DNA from: Patescibacteria group bacterium
GTDB lineage: Bacteria; Patescibacteriota; Minisyncoccia; Phycocordibacterales; PALSA-1337
Direction of reading: 5' to 3'
Assembly (NCBI GenBank): GCA_038065395.1
Contig: JBBTRB010000002.1
Coordinates: 50,647 to 114,646, forward strand
DNA: 64,000 nucleotides
Below the pieces are notes generated by a model that was not told where the DNA came from, made no database searches, and was given only the letters and a program-made list of their open reading frames with translations. Position numbers and translations under genes: made by a program. Positions 19,942-30,167 of this stretch are shown here, piece after piece (the first letter of the stretch is position 1; each line of letters begins with the position of its first letter).

Positions 19942-20247
19942 TTACATCATCTTTACATCGATATTAACTCCTGACGGGAGGCTCAGGTTCGTGAGAGCCT
20001 CAATAACCTTTGCATTTGGGTTGATGATATCGATCAAACGCTTGTGGACACGCATCTCGAACTGCTCACGGGAATTCTTGTCTATGAACGACGAGCGGTT
20101 GACCGTGTACTTCTTGATCTCTGTCGGCAACGGCACTGGACCATGTACCTCGGCATCATAGCGGGCTGCTGTGTCCATGATCTGCCTGAGCGAGGCATCA
20201 AGAATCTTGTGCTCGTATGCTCGGACGCGGATGCGGAGCTGTGACAT
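19942..20247 (-). CDS. rpsJ: 30S ribosomal protein S10
   Basis: uS10 core MSQLRIRVRAYEH.... The internal ATG at 20245-20247 is preceded by GGAG 5 nt upstream. The longer ORF to 20373 would add a 42-aa K/A/T-rich N-terminal extension. Confidence 0.85.
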   Translation of the reverse strand: MSQLRIRVRAYEHKILDASLRQIMDTAARYDAEVHGPVPLPTEIKKYTVNRSSFIDKNSREQFEMRVHKRLIDIINPNAKVIEALTNLSLPSGVNIDVKMM

Positions 20248-20465
20248 TTCTCCAGTCCCACCAGTCGTCGAACGTGCTGCCTTTCGAGTACGAGCAGGTT
20301 TCGCGGTCGACGATTTTGCAGTCTGAGCGGGTTCATGTTTGTTCACGTGAGTTGTATCTTTGGAAGTAGCCATGTGGTTTAGTTTATAAAGTTTGAAAGT
20401 TCTTAAAGTTTGTAAAGTGGAGTTTTCTTTATGAACTTATAACTTTGTACTTTATGAACTGATTT

Positions 20466-21650
20466 TTATGCGACGATCTTCGTTATAACTCCAGCGCCTA
20501 CTGTCTTGCCTCCTTCACGAACAGCGAAACGCTGCTGTGCTTCGAGCGCAACTGGTGCTACGAGTTTGACTTTGAAGGTCAAGGTGTCTCCTGGCATAAC
20601 CATCTCTTGAGAGAGAGTTACTTCGCCAGTGACGTCTGTAGTACGGATATAGAACTGAGGCTTGTATCCAGTGAAGAATGGTGTGTGACGTCCTCCCTCT
20701 TCTTTCTTGAGGATGTATACTTCTGCCTCGAACTCTGTGTGAGGCTTGACTGAACCTGGCTTGGCGAGGACCTGACCGCGAGATACGCCATCCTTGGCGG
20801 TACCACGGAGGAGGAGTCCTGCATTGTCTCCAGCCATGCCCTCCTTGAGCTGCTTGTTGAACATTTCGATACCAGTGATGACGGTCTTTGTGGTGTCTTT
20901 GAAACCGATGATCTCGACTTCTTCACCAACCTTGACCATACCACGCTCGATACGACCAGTAACTACTGTGCCGCGACCTTCGATAGAGAAGATGTCCTCG
21001 ATAGGCATGAGGAATGGCTTGTCTGTTTCGCGAACTGGCTCTGGGATGAAGGTGTCGAGAGCATTCATGAGTTCGTCGATCTTTGCTGACCATACTGGGT
21101 CGCCTTCGAGAGCCTTGAGGCCTGAACCACGGATAACAGGGGCTACTTTGCCATCGAAACCGTTCTTGGTGAGGAGTTCACGCACTTCTTCTTCGACGAG
21201 GTCGAGAAGGTCTGCTTCGGCGACTGCATCACACTTGTTGAGGAAGACGAGAACACGTGGAACACCAACCTGCTTTGCAAGGAGGATGTGCTCGCGTGTC
21301 TGTGGCATAACACCGTCAAGAGCAGAAACCACGAGGATAGCACCGTCCATTTGGGCGGCACCGGTGATCATGTTCTTGATGTAGTCGGCGTGACCTGGAG
21401 CGTCGATGTGAGCATAGTGACGCTTGTCTGACTCGTATTCTACGTGAGCAAGAGAGATAGTAACGATCTTGGATGCATCACGAACAGTACCGCCCTTTGC
21501 GATATCTGAGTAAGCCTTTGCATTGGCAAGACCCTTCTTTGCCTGAACGGCAAGGATAGATGCTGTCAATGTTGTCTTGCCGTGGTCAACGTGACCGATA
21601 GTACCCACGTTTACATGGGGCTTTGTACGATTGAATTCTGCTGCTGCCAT
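20466..21650 (-). CDS. tuf: elongation factor Tu
   Basis: [22 protein letters not shown]. Length 394 aa. Confidence 0.97.
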   Translation of the reverse strand: MAAAEFNRTKPHVNVGTIGHVDHGKTTLTASILAVQAKKGLANAKAYSDIAKGGTVRDASKIVTISLAHVEYESDKRHYAHIDAPGHADYIKNMITGAAQMDGAILVVSALDGVMPQTREHILLAKQVGVPRVLVFLNKCDAVAEADLLDLVEEEVRELLTKNGFDGKVAPVIRGSGLKALEGDPVWSAKIDELMNALDTFIPEPVRETDKPFLMPIEDIFSIEGRGTVVTGRIERGMVKVGEEVEIIGFKDTTKTVITGIEMFNKQLKEGMAGDNAGLLLRGTAKDGVSRGQVLAKPGSVKPHTEFEAEVYILKKEEGGRHTPFFTGYKPQFYIRTTDVTGEVTLSQEMVMPGDTLTFKVKLVAPVALEAQQRFAVREGGKTVGAGVITKIVA

Positions 21651-21899
21651 AATATTGTTTTAGTGCCCTGATAGTTTGAACCGTATCGTTCGAGTGAGTG
21701 CGTATGCCGCCCAAACGACGAGGTTCAAACTTATCCGGGATAAATTATTAGTAGTTTTTAAAACGCCCTGCATACGAACATACAGGTAGGTGCGTAAGAA
21801 CGATCTTAGCACGATGGTGAATAAAGTCAACTTCTGTGGCTTTTTATCCTTTCTTGAGACTAAATTCATAGGAAATTCATCTCAGGCTGGTAGGCTCTG

Positions 21900-22256
21900 A
21901 TGATGCCACGAGAAAATCGGAGAGAGATTCTCCAAAGATACCATGATATGTACTACAGGATCAGGAAGGTTGCCTGCCCTGCTTTCTCGAAGGAGTTTGT
22001 TCATTTTAATAGACATGGGTTTAATCACCTCATTCGAAAAGGAAGAAAACTAAGGAAATTTGAAGATCAAATCAGACGCCTTAGATTATTGCCCAAAGCA
22101 GTAAGCATTCTAATGCGAGTTGACCAAATTATATCCTGCAAAACAATCCGAGAAGGTACTCGTGTGATAGATTTTTGGGAAATTGAGAGTGATAATGTCC
22201 ACGTCATTATTCGTAAGGTAAATAATGGTTCACTTCACTTTTTTAGTATTTTTTGA
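21900..22256 (+). CDS. hypothetical protein
   Basis: 118-aa basic ORF inside the fusA-tuf insert. No motifs recognised. Confidence 0.3.
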   Translation: MMPRENRREILQRYHDMYYRIRKVACPAFSKEFVHFNRHGFNHLIRKGRKLRKFEDQIRRLRLLPKAVSILMRVDQIISCKTIREGTRVIDFWEIESDNVHVIIRKVNNGSLHFFSIF

Positions 22257-22402
22257 GACAAAAAAGCCTCCGAAGAGGCTTTTAAGCGTTCGCCACCAGC
22301 TTTAGCCGATAGCACCTTCTTGGGATTCCTCCCAAAGGCACGCGAACAACGTACATAGACTATGTTAGCAAAAATTTTGAGTTCGTCAATCCTCTTCCAA
22401 GA

Positions 22403-25400
22403 CTACTGCCCCATAAAGTAACCTCTCACCGCCTCCCAGATCGAAGCCCTAGTATTGGCCTGACTTGTTGGTGATGGAGTAGGTGTCGGTGTAGCTGAGG
22501 TGCTCTGTTTGACGGTTGATGCAGGGACCGTAGCTGTCAACGTAGAACCATCATCGAAGGTTACCGTGAGTGTTCCGCCTGAGAATGTGGTCGACTCTGC
22601 TTGACCGTAGAGATCGAGAGATGTGGCTCCTGCATTGACTGCAATCGAGGCATTGTAACTTGAGTTCATAGAGACTCCATTCAAGAACACTGCGACCGGA
22701 TAATAACTGTTACTTGTCGAGGACCACATTTCATTCCTGTGTTGTAGCTGTATGCCTTTGATCGTACGTCCTGTCGGAAGAGTGAGCTTCGCTACCCAAT
22801 GCCAATCATTCGCATTCCTATTGACCATACCTGCACCAGGAGCAAATCCTGTGCCGACTTTGTCAGATGAGGCATCGACGAGGGTGGCGGAGAGTGAGGC
22901 TGTTGTTGGAGTGGTCGGAGTTACCGGAGTCACTGTGTAACATGTATAGTCTGAAGGACAACTCGTTACAGCCACTGGAGTACAAACATAACCGGCTGAA
23001 CATGAAGGATTGTTTCCTGGAGGGACACACATGTAACCTGCAGGACAGACAACAGGGGTCGGAGTCTGCGGCTTGATCGTCAACACTCCCTTCGCAACTG
23101 CGACTGAGTTTGAATATGCCATCACTGTGTATGTTCCTGGAGTGAGTGCTTGCGTGACTTTCGTTGACCAGCGGTTATTAACTACCGCGATGTCACCACT
23201 TCCCCAGACTTTATCTCCGCTCGCACTCGCAATATTTATACCAAATGGTGCTACGGTGTTGTACGCATATCCAGATATGGTAGGTGATATGGAAGTACTG
23301 ACCAAAGATGCGGAATCAATTGTTGCCGAAGGGTACGTAACCGCATCCACCCTCACGGTCGAACTTGTCTGCGCCTTTTGACCCGCAGCGTCAGTAACAG
23401 TTACTTTGACGGTGTAGGTGCCTGGATTTAAGTAAGAGTGAGTAAAGGTTGATGTCTGAACGAATGGTATTGATGCTGCGGTGATCATTCCCGGTTTCGT
23501 TGCTGTGTCACCCCAATCTATAGAATAACTGAGGGATCCATTTTCTGGGTCAGAGGCCATGATCTTCCATGTACCAACTTCCTTTGTCTTGAGGACTGTT
23601 GGGGCTGTGACGCCGTTGATGACGGGTGGGAGGTTGGTGGTTGGTGGTGCTATGATAGTTATATAACCGTCACTAAAATCACCCGCACCAGGTATCCCAC
23701 TTACACTTGTTATTTCTGCACGATACCTACCAAGCGGCATATCGGGTATATATACGGATTCTGCCCCATCATTCGCAGTACGGACGATATTTCTCGCAAT
23801 ACCATCATCACCATCAAAATAAATTTGCATTAATTCCGTACTCGGAACATTCACTGAATTCCAACGAATGGTATATGATTTCCCTACAGTAAACACTTCT
23901 CCTCCATTTGGACTCAGGACGGTGATGGAAGGTTGGGATACGGTCGAGGATGCGATACTGAATGTCGAACTTCTACCATAAATTCTACCGTCTGGGTCAT
24001 TTGCGACATCATGGATATCAATCTGATTATTCAAGGAGGCAACTCTTGGTATCCATCCGTAGATACATGTTCCACCGGAACATGCTGTCGTTGCGGATAC
24101 GGTGGCAATATTTTCATAACCAAAAGTCCCTCCGAGATTTATGGCATACAAAGGAGTTAATCCTTTTTCACGAGTGTCAGTCCAAATAATCTTGTACTGG
24201 AAGTTAGTCTGCAACACCTCACCAATTTTTGGATTTGTGACGGTGATGGCAGGGGTAGTTGTCGTAGCGACCACATTGACTATGACGGTACTAGTCGCGG
24301 CACTGGCAGAACCAACACTACTCCTATAGCAGGTCAAAGAATATCTGAATGTTCCCGCAGAAGCTGGGGCAACGATACTCAGCAAGCCGCTCGTTGTCCG
24401 ACTGGTATACATATTCCAATTCGGAACCTGGTTAGAGGTATAACACGTATCTGCGTTACTTGATGTCCACGAGAGATTCAGTGGTGACAACGTGTTGACA
24501 TTAAGTGGACCAGATGAGCCGTTGATGGTGAGGTTTACCGAGGCAGGGGTAGAAGTAGGCACGCTCCCTGTTCCATTCATAAATACATAATTCGTCATCC
24601 AATCAAATTCTCCCATATAGGTATTTTTGTCTCCACTAGAGCCACTCCAGTTAAAAGATTCGAGCTTCACGGCATAGTTACCAGCTACATGCTGAGAAGA
24701 TGACGCTGCAAATAGGTTCCACACTTGAAAAGTACTAGTATCCCCTTCTTCAATAGTATATGACCCGTCCACATTCCAACTTGCATTAGAGATACTACTA
24801 TAGCTTGTCACGAATTCCACAGCATCACTCTTTTGAGGATATATCCTTGTACCTGAACGATATAGACCGACACTAAACGCATTAGCAGGAATGGTTATAT
24901 CGGAACCTGATGCGGTTATTTTAATAGTAAATACTGATGACAACTGACTACTGCGTGGATTTTCATATGAGTACACCTCAGAAGTCTTCGAAACTAATGC
25001 TACTGCCATCTCAGAAGTTGGCCTCGTCACTTCACTCAAAGTAACGCTTCGATGATCATCATTTACAGAAATACCTAGGATTCCTTCGTTCCCGAACACA
25101 CCACCACGCAACTCAAACATATTCATCAAATAATCACCTGGGTTTGTGTTAAGATATAGTCCTATACCATTTGATGGTAATGGGGGGATATTCAAGTCAC
25201 CTTTTTCGGTGACAATGTCAGCAAAGAATGTACCTATGTAACCATCACCTTCCTCAACAACCGCTTTGATGCGACCGTTTTCTGCAGAGAGAGTATACTT
25301 GTCTGGCTTAGCTAACCCATTTTCAATGACATGATCTATGACATATCTTGTGCTTGAAGCGTAAACTCGCGCAGTGATGCTCTCGGTGCCCCACTTCACA

Positions 25401-26008
25401 TCTGCATAATAGTTACCCGTTGGTATATTAGGAAAATTGAATGTATCTATAGGAACAATGGAACCAAATTCATTACGAAGCGTGAGTGTTCCCTGATCTT
25501 TTATAGAACCAGAGTCCTCACGTACTTTGAAGTACATAACACCTGGTACTGGTGTTGTAAGAACACACGCATTCAAACTCGCTCTCGTCACTGGCCCAAA
25601 ATACCCCGTGGCTTCAATACCAACACTAGTCTGATATTTCTTGAGAGCCTGAGAAGTTTCGACTCCATAATAGCCGTATGGGTAGAATCCGACTTGCAAA
25701 GACGGGAGACTGAATCCTTTTGATATCAAAAGCTTTTGCAACGCGGTCACATCGTCACCTCGAGAACCGATAGTGAGATTGGTAGTGAAGGTGTAGCAAG
25801 GAACTGGAGTAGGATTGCTACTACCTCCTCCACCACCGTTACTTGGAGATGTTTGAGCTTGCGTCTGTGAGATGAATACAACAAAAAGCATCGCCACGAC
25901 GAGAAGCGATGCTTTTGTTACGAATGATACAAATTTGTTCATATAAAGGATGGTAAGTTGGATAATATCTATAGTATAGATACCCCGCATTATATCACCC
26001 CCCCCCAC
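22403..26008 (-). CDS. large secreted cell-surface protein: signal peptide, PG_binding_1-like domain, multiple Ig/PKD-like beta domains, Cys-rich C-proximal module
   Basis: Probable start at the internal Met (MNKFVSFVTKASLLVVAMLFVVFISQTQAQT; coordinate about 25942). Peptidoglycan-binding-like DDVTALQKLLISKGF...GYFGPVTRASL. PKD-like YSIDWGDTA...HSYLNPGTYTVKVTVTDAAGQ. CPAGYMCVPPGNNPSCSAGYVCTP. Confidence 0.8.
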   Translation of the reverse strand: MGGGDIMRGIYTIDIIQLTILYMNKFVSFVTKASLLVVAMLFVVFISQTQAQTSPSNGGGGGSSNPTPVPCYTFTTNLTIGSRGDDVTALQKLLISKGFSLPSLQVGFYPYGYYGVETSQALKKYQTSVGIEATGYFGPVTRASLNACVLTTPVPGVMYFKVREDSGSIKDQGTLTLRNEFGSIVPIDTFNFPNIPTGNYYADVKWGTESITARVYASSTRYVIDHVIENGLAKPDKYTLSAENGRIKAVVEEGDGYIGTFFADIVTEKGDLNIPPLPSNGIGLYLNTNPGDYLMNMFELRGGVFGNEGILGISVNDDHRSVTLSEVTRPTSEMAVALVSKTSEVYSYENPRSSQLSSVFTIKITASGSDITIPANAFSVGLYRSGTRIYPQKSDAVEFVTSYSSISNASWNVDGSYTIEEGDTSTFQVWNLFAASSSQHVAGNYAVKLESFNWSGSSGDKNTYMGEFDWMTNYVFMNGTGSVPTSTPASVNLTINGSSGPLNVNTLSPLNLSWTSSNADTCYTSNQVPNWNMYTSRTTSGLLSIVAPASAGTFRYSLTCYRSSVGSASAATSTVIVNVVATTTTPAITVTNPKIGEVLQTNFQYKIIWTDTREKGLTPLYAINLGGTFGYENIATVSATTACSGGTCIYGWIPRVASLNNQIDIHDVANDPDGRIYGRSSTFSIASSTVSQPSITVLSPNGGEVFTVGKSYTIRWNSVNVPSTELMQIYFDGDDGIARNIVRTANDGAESVYIPDMPLGRYRAEITSVSGIPGAGDFSDGYITIIAPPTTNLPPVINGVTAPTVLKTKEVGTWKIMASDPENGSLSYSIDWGDTATKPGMITAASIPFVQTSTFTHSYLNPGTYTVKVTVTDAAGQKAQTSSTVRVDAVTYPSATIDSASLVSTSISPTISGYAYNTVAPFGINIASASGDKVWGSGDIAVVNNRWSTKVTQALTPGTYTVMAYSNSVAVAKGVLTIKPQTPTPVVCPAGYMCVPPGNNPSCSAGYVCTPVAVTSCPSDYTCYTVTPVTPTTPTTASLSATLVDASSDKVGTGFAPGAGMVNRNANDWHWVAKLTLPTGRTIKGIQLQHRNEMWSSTSNSYYPVAVFLNGVSMNSSYNASIAVNAGATSLDLYGQAESTTFSGGTLTVTFDDGSTLTATVPASTVKQSTSATPTPTPSPTSQANTRASIWEAVRGYFMGQ

Positions 26009-26036
26009 TTAAAATACATTTTACAGGTGGATAAAA

Positions 26037-26064
26037 CGCAGATCCCCGCATTCGCGGGGATGAC
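26037..26064. repeat. 28-nt palindromic hairpin repeat (family GTCATCCCCGCG-N4-CGGGGATCTGCG), copy 1
   Basis: cgcagatccccgcattcgcggggatgac (reverse orientation). Confidence 0.8.
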
Positions 26065-26100
26065 TGCTACGTTATGATGTTGTGATGACAACGGACCTAA

Positions 26101-28245
26101 TTATTTTCGTTTTTCCGCGATCTCCTTCTCAACGTTCGCTGGTACTACTTCGTAGTGGTCGAATTCCATCATGGCACTGCCCTGACCGGAAGTCATAGAG
26201 CGTAGAGCTGTGGTGTAACCGAACATTTCTGATAGAGGCACCTTGGCATGGATAGCGATAGCCTGACCACGTGGTTCAGAACCTTCGACTTGACCGCGCT
26301 TGGAAGCGATGGAGCCGTTGACGTCACCCATGAATTTCTCTGGAGTGATGACCTCAAGCTTCATGATAGGCTCGAGGATCACAGGCTTTGCACGTCGAGC
26401 GGCTTCTTGGAAGGCCTGAGATGCAGCGATCTTGTAGGCGATTTCGGATGAGTCAACGTCGTGATATGAACCGTAGGTGAGCTCGCAAGAGACATTCACC
26501 AGTCTGAAACCGGCAACAATACCGCGGTCCATGGCTTCATGTACACCCTTTTCAACTGCAGGGATGAATTCTCCTGGGATAACACCTCCTTTGATCGAGT
26601 TGATGAATTCGAAGTCATCATAGCGCTTGATATGCTTGGGGATCTTCTCACCTTCTGGCCATGGTTCCATAGGCTTGATAGTGATCTTGACGTGACCGTA
26701 CTGACCTTTACCTCCAGTTTGCTTGATATATTTGTGTTCCGCCTCGGCAGTGCCCATGATCGTCTCACGATAGGCTACCTGAGGAGCACCGACGTTGGCT
26801 TCTACGCCGAACTCACGCTTCATACGGTCGATCATGATCTCGAGGTGCAGTTCTCCCATACCAGAGATGATCGTCTCACCTGTTTCTTGGTTAGAAGATA
26901 CACGGAATGTTGGATCTTCGTTACCGAGCTTCTTGAGTGCAAGACCCATCTTTTCTTGGTCGGCCTTGGTCTTTGGCTCAATACGGAGAGAGACCACTGG
27001 TTCCATGAACTTGATAGTTTCGAGGACGATCGGCTTGGTTTCGTCACAGAAGGTATGTGATGTCAGCGCGTCTTTGAGACCTACCGCAGCAGCGATCTCA
27101 CCTGCGAAGACTTTTTTGACCTCTTCACGCTTGTCAGCTTGGAGGCGGACGATGCGACCGAGGCGCTCTTTCTTGCCCGTAGTGGAGTTGTAGATATAGG
27201 TACCAGACTCGATAGATCCAGAATATACACGGAAGAAGGTCAATGCTCCGACGAATGGGTCGTTCTGGAGTTTGAAAGCCAATGCAGAGAACGGTTCTGT
27301 ATCAGATGGACCACGGAATACTTCTTCGCCTGTTTCTGGGTTGATACCTCTAACTGGTGGGATATCGAGTGGAGATGGGAGATAGTCGACAACCGCATCG
27401 AGAACGAGTTGTACGCCGACATTCTTGAGAGCAGATCCGGTGAATACCGGGAAGATCTTGTTGGCAATCACGGCCTTGCGAGTCAACGTCTTGAGTTCAT
27501 CCATAGTGAACTCTGCCCCTTCGAGGAAGCGGTTCATGGCAGCATCATCGGTCTCGACGATCTTTTCGATCATGATAGCGCGATATTTCTTGGCGTCAGC
27601 GAGCATATCTGCAGGGATTTCTTGTTCATTGATGACAATACCCTTCTCACCACTGAAGGTATATGCCTTCATGCGCATCAGGTCGACAACGCCGTTGTGG
27701 TCACCTTCGAGACCGATCGGGAGTTGGAAACGAACGGCGTTCTTGTTGAGACGTTCGAGTATCGAGGCATATGAACGCTCGAATGAGGCGCCGGTACGGT
27801 CCATCTTGTTGATGAAGCACAGACGTGGCACGTTACTCTCGTCAGCATAGCGCCAGTTGGTCTCGGACTGTGGTTCTACACCGGCTACACCGTCGAATAC
27901 GACTACCGCTCCGTCGAGTACGCGGAGCGAGCGCTTTACCTCTACGGTGAAGTCGATGTGCCCTGGAGTGTCGATAATGTTAAAACGGACTTTCTTGGAT
28001 ACATCTGTCGCTGGCATATAGGTCGGATTCCAGAAACAGGTGATGGCAGCCGCAGTGATCGTGATACCACGTTCGCGCTCTTGTTCCATCCAGTCGGTGG
28101 TTGTTTCACCTTCATGCACCTCGCCAATCTTGTGGATCATACCTGTGTAGTACAGGATACGCTCTGAAGTTGTGGTTTTGCCAGCATCGATGTGAGCAAT
28201 GATGCCGAAGTTACGCATTCTCTCGAGTGGGTAGTCGCGGTTCAT
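26101..28245 (-). CDS. fusA: elongation factor G
   Basis: AHIDAGKTTT, DTPGHIDF, NKMD. Length 714 aa. Confidence 0.97.
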   Translation of the reverse strand: MNRDYPLERMRNFGIIAHIDAGKTTTSERILYYTGMIHKIGEVHEGETTTDWMEQERERGITITAAAITCFWNPTYMPATDVSKKVRFNIIDTPGHIDFTVEVKRSLRVLDGAVVVFDGVAGVEPQSETNWRYADESNVPRLCFINKMDRTGASFERSYASILERLNKNAVRFQLPIGLEGDHNGVVDLMRMKAYTFSGEKGIVINEQEIPADMLADAKKYRAIMIEKIVETDDAAMNRFLEGAEFTMDELKTLTRKAVIANKIFPVFTGSALKNVGVQLVLDAVVDYLPSPLDIPPVRGINPETGEEVFRGPSDTEPFSALAFKLQNDPFVGALTFFRVYSGSIESGTYIYNSTTGKKERLGRIVRLQADKREEVKKVFAGEIAAAVGLKDALTSHTFCDETKPIVLETIKFMEPVVSLRIEPKTKADQEKMGLALKKLGNEDPTFRVSSNQETGETIISGMGELHLEIMIDRMKREFGVEANVGAPQVAYRETIMGTAEAEHKYIKQTGGKGQYGHVKITIKPMEPWPEGEKIPKHIKRYDDFEFINSIKGGVIPGEFIPAVEKGVHEAMDRGIVAGFRLVNVSCELTYGSYHDVDSSEIAYKIAASQAFQEAARRAKPVILEPIMKLEVITPEKFMGDVNGSIASKRGQVEGSEPRGQAIAIHAKVPLSEMFGYTTALRSMTSGQGSAMMEFDHYEVVPANVEKEIAEKRK

Positions 28246-28279
28246 AAAAATCTTAAAAATTAAATCTTAAATTTCAAAT

Positions 28280-28636
28280 CTATTTAGTAATATTTCTCTT
28301 CATGGTGATGATACTTGCCCCTAAGATGTCTGCTATTTCGTGAGTCTCCTTTAATAGTGGATCGGCTATTATTTTTTGTATCTTTCCCGTATCACGAGCT
28401 AGTCCGATCCACATCTTTGACTCATTGGCCGATTTGAGACTATACATATAGAAGTTTATATAATCTTTTCTAGAACTTGCCCCTTTAGCTTCAACAATGT
28501 TTGCCACCACAGAAGTACCGCTCCTCACTAATTGCTTTGCGATAACCTGAGCCGAAGTATCTCCAGTGAACCTGTCGACACATTTTACGATATTTATGGC
28601 GTATTTGTACAATCTCTGATCAAAATCTTTTTTCAT
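28280..28636 (-). CDS. four-helix-bundle protein (TIGR02436 / 23S-rRNA-intervening-sequence protein family)
   Basis: About 118 aa with ...VANIVEAKGASSRKDYINFYMYSLKSANES... resembling the family core. A paralog lies at 44985..45329. Confidence 0.75.
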   Translation of the reverse strand: MKKDFDQRLYKYAINIVKCVDRFTGDTSAQVIAKQLVRSGTSVVANIVEAKGASSRKDYINFYMYSLKSANESKMWIGLARDTGKIQKIIADPLLKETHEIADILGASIITMKRNITK

Positions 28637-28672
28637 CTTTAAGATTTGATTTTTAATCTTTTAGATTAAAAC

Positions 28673-29143
28673 TTACCACGCAAAGTGAGCAAAAGCCTTG
28701 TTGGCCTCGGCCATCTTGTGGACGTTTTCGCGTTTCTTGACGGCTTCGCCTTCATTCTTGGAAGCAGCAATGATCTCGTCAGCGAGTTTCTCGGCGATCG
28801 GCTTGCCCTTTTTGGAGCGAGCGGCTTCGACGATCCACTTCATAGAGAGAGACTGTTTGCGCTCTGGGCGAACCTCGCGAGGGACCTGATAGTTGGCACC
28901 ACCGACACGGCGGGAGCGCACTTCCATCTGAGGTGAGGTGTTCTTGAGAGCAGCTTCGAAAACCTCTATCGGATTCTCGACTTTGGCCTTCTCCTTGATG
29001 ACGTTCATACAGTCATAGACTGCGGTACGTGCAGTGTTTTTCTTGCCAGATTCCATCACATAGTTGATGAACTTTGAGATCTTGAGAGACTCGTAGGCTG
29101 CATCTGGATTGAGGGTGCGTTTTATATTGAGTTTACGTCGCAT
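28673..29143 (-). CDS. rpsG: 30S ribosomal protein S7
   Basis: Canonical uS7. Confidence 0.95.
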   Translation of the reverse strand: MRRKLNIKRTLNPDAAYESLKISKFINYVMESGKKNTARTAVYDCMNVIKEKAKVENPIEVFEAALKNTSPQMEVRSRRVGGANYQVPREVRPERKQSLSMKWIVEAARSKKGKPIAEKLADEIIAASKNEGEAVKKRENVHKMAEANKAFAHFAW

Positions 29144-29153
29144 AGTAGTTTAA

Positions 29154-29573
29154 TTATACTTTCGCTGCTTTAGGCTTCTTGTTGCCGTATTGACTACGAC
29201 CTTTGCGGCGCTTTTCGACACCAGCGCAGTCCAACACTCCACGAACGACAGAATAACGGAGACCTACATCCTTCACACGACCTCCACGAAGGAGAACCAC
29301 TGAGTGCTCTTGGAGGTTATGACCTTCGCCTGGAACATAGGCGGTCACTTCGACACCGTTGGAAAGGCGTACACGAGCGATCTTGCGGACAGCTGAGTTT
29401 GGCTTCTTTGGTGTCTTGGTGGTGACTTTGACACATACACCACGCTTGAATGGTGATGGGAAGAACACGGGCTGGTTCTTGATATGGTTGAACGTACGGG
29501 TCAAAGCAATAGACTTTGACTTGCGCTTGAACAACGTTCGATTTCTCTTGGTGAGCTGATTGATTGTTGGCAT
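29154..29573 (-). CDS. rpsL: 30S ribosomal protein S12
   Basis: MPTINQL...[26 protein letters not shown]. Confidence 0.95.
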   Translation of the reverse strand: MPTINQLTKRNRTLFKRKSKSIALTRTFNHIKNQPVFFPSPFKRGVCVKVTTKTPKKPNSAVRKIARVRLSNGVEVTAYVPGEGHNLQEHSVVLLRGGRVKDVGLRYSVVRGVLDCAGVEKRRKGRSQYGNKKPKAAKV

Positions 29574-29775
29574 TCTAATTACTAATTACCTTATTCTAGT
29601 TACTCCTTGTGGCAATCCTGAATTATTCACCGCTTTTGGTCTGAGATCCTCGAAATAATTCCGAGATACCGAGGCGATTACTCATTCTTGCCTTAATAAT
29701 GGCTATTTCCAAGGGATGTACCCATGGAGACAGTGATGTGTAACTTACCATAAGGGTCTGAAAGTGGCAATGTTT

Positions 29776-29796
29776 GGCCCAGGTCTGTCCTAGGCC
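29776..29796. repeat. CCTAGG-family element (reverse orientation, one CCCAGG half)
   Basis: ggcccaggtctgtcctaggcc. Confidence 0.6.
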
Positions 29797-30127
29797 GAGG
29801 CATGAAAAAGCGACCTCGAAAGGTCGCTTGAATACGAAAGGTGAAGGGTTGTCTTAGCGCACAACTCCCTGACGAGTATGGTGCCCTGGCTTCAAATGTG
29901 TCGTCAAACCATGAGCGAGGATAATCCTCGAAGGTCGATCCTCTGAATCGTGATCACCGAGCTTACGTTTAGCGCGCGCACTTGCAAGCCGCGCTTTATT
30001 CGAAGAACCATTTCGTGCCATACGTTAATCTCCTATAACAGATATGTGGTTTGTTTTCGTGGACAAGAAACAACGTCCATATACAAAAATATCAAATATT
30101 ACTAGTGTGTCAACTGGGTATAGCCAG

Positions 30128-30167
30128 CCCAGGTCTACCCTAGGTCATACCTAGGATAGACCTAGGG
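30128..30167. repeat. two head-to-head CCTAGG-family elements
   Basis: cccaggtctaccctagg-tcata-cctaggatagacctaggg. Confidence 0.6.

Noticed and set aside
21651-21900. tRNA gene(s) upstream of tuf, as in many bacteria
   Set aside because: I found no cloverleaf-compatible sequence and no GGTTCGAATCC-like T-loop on either strand. The GGTTCAAAC motif there is one arm of a long inverted repeat, not a T-arm.
22752-24329. Multiple 60-100-aa plus-strand ORFs inside the 1201-aa surface-protein gene
   Set aside because: They are antisense to a long, domain-supported CDS.
26539-27774. Several 130-210-aa plus-strand ORFs inside fusA
   Set aside because: They are antisense to EF-G and spurious.
29854-30021. 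55-aa minus-strand ORF (MARNGSSNKARLASARAKRKLGDHD...) in the rpsL upstream region
   Set aside because: It is basic but matches no small ribosomal protein I can recognise, and it has no clear RBS. It more likely falls in the str-operon leader; it is not in the ORF track (<60 aa).
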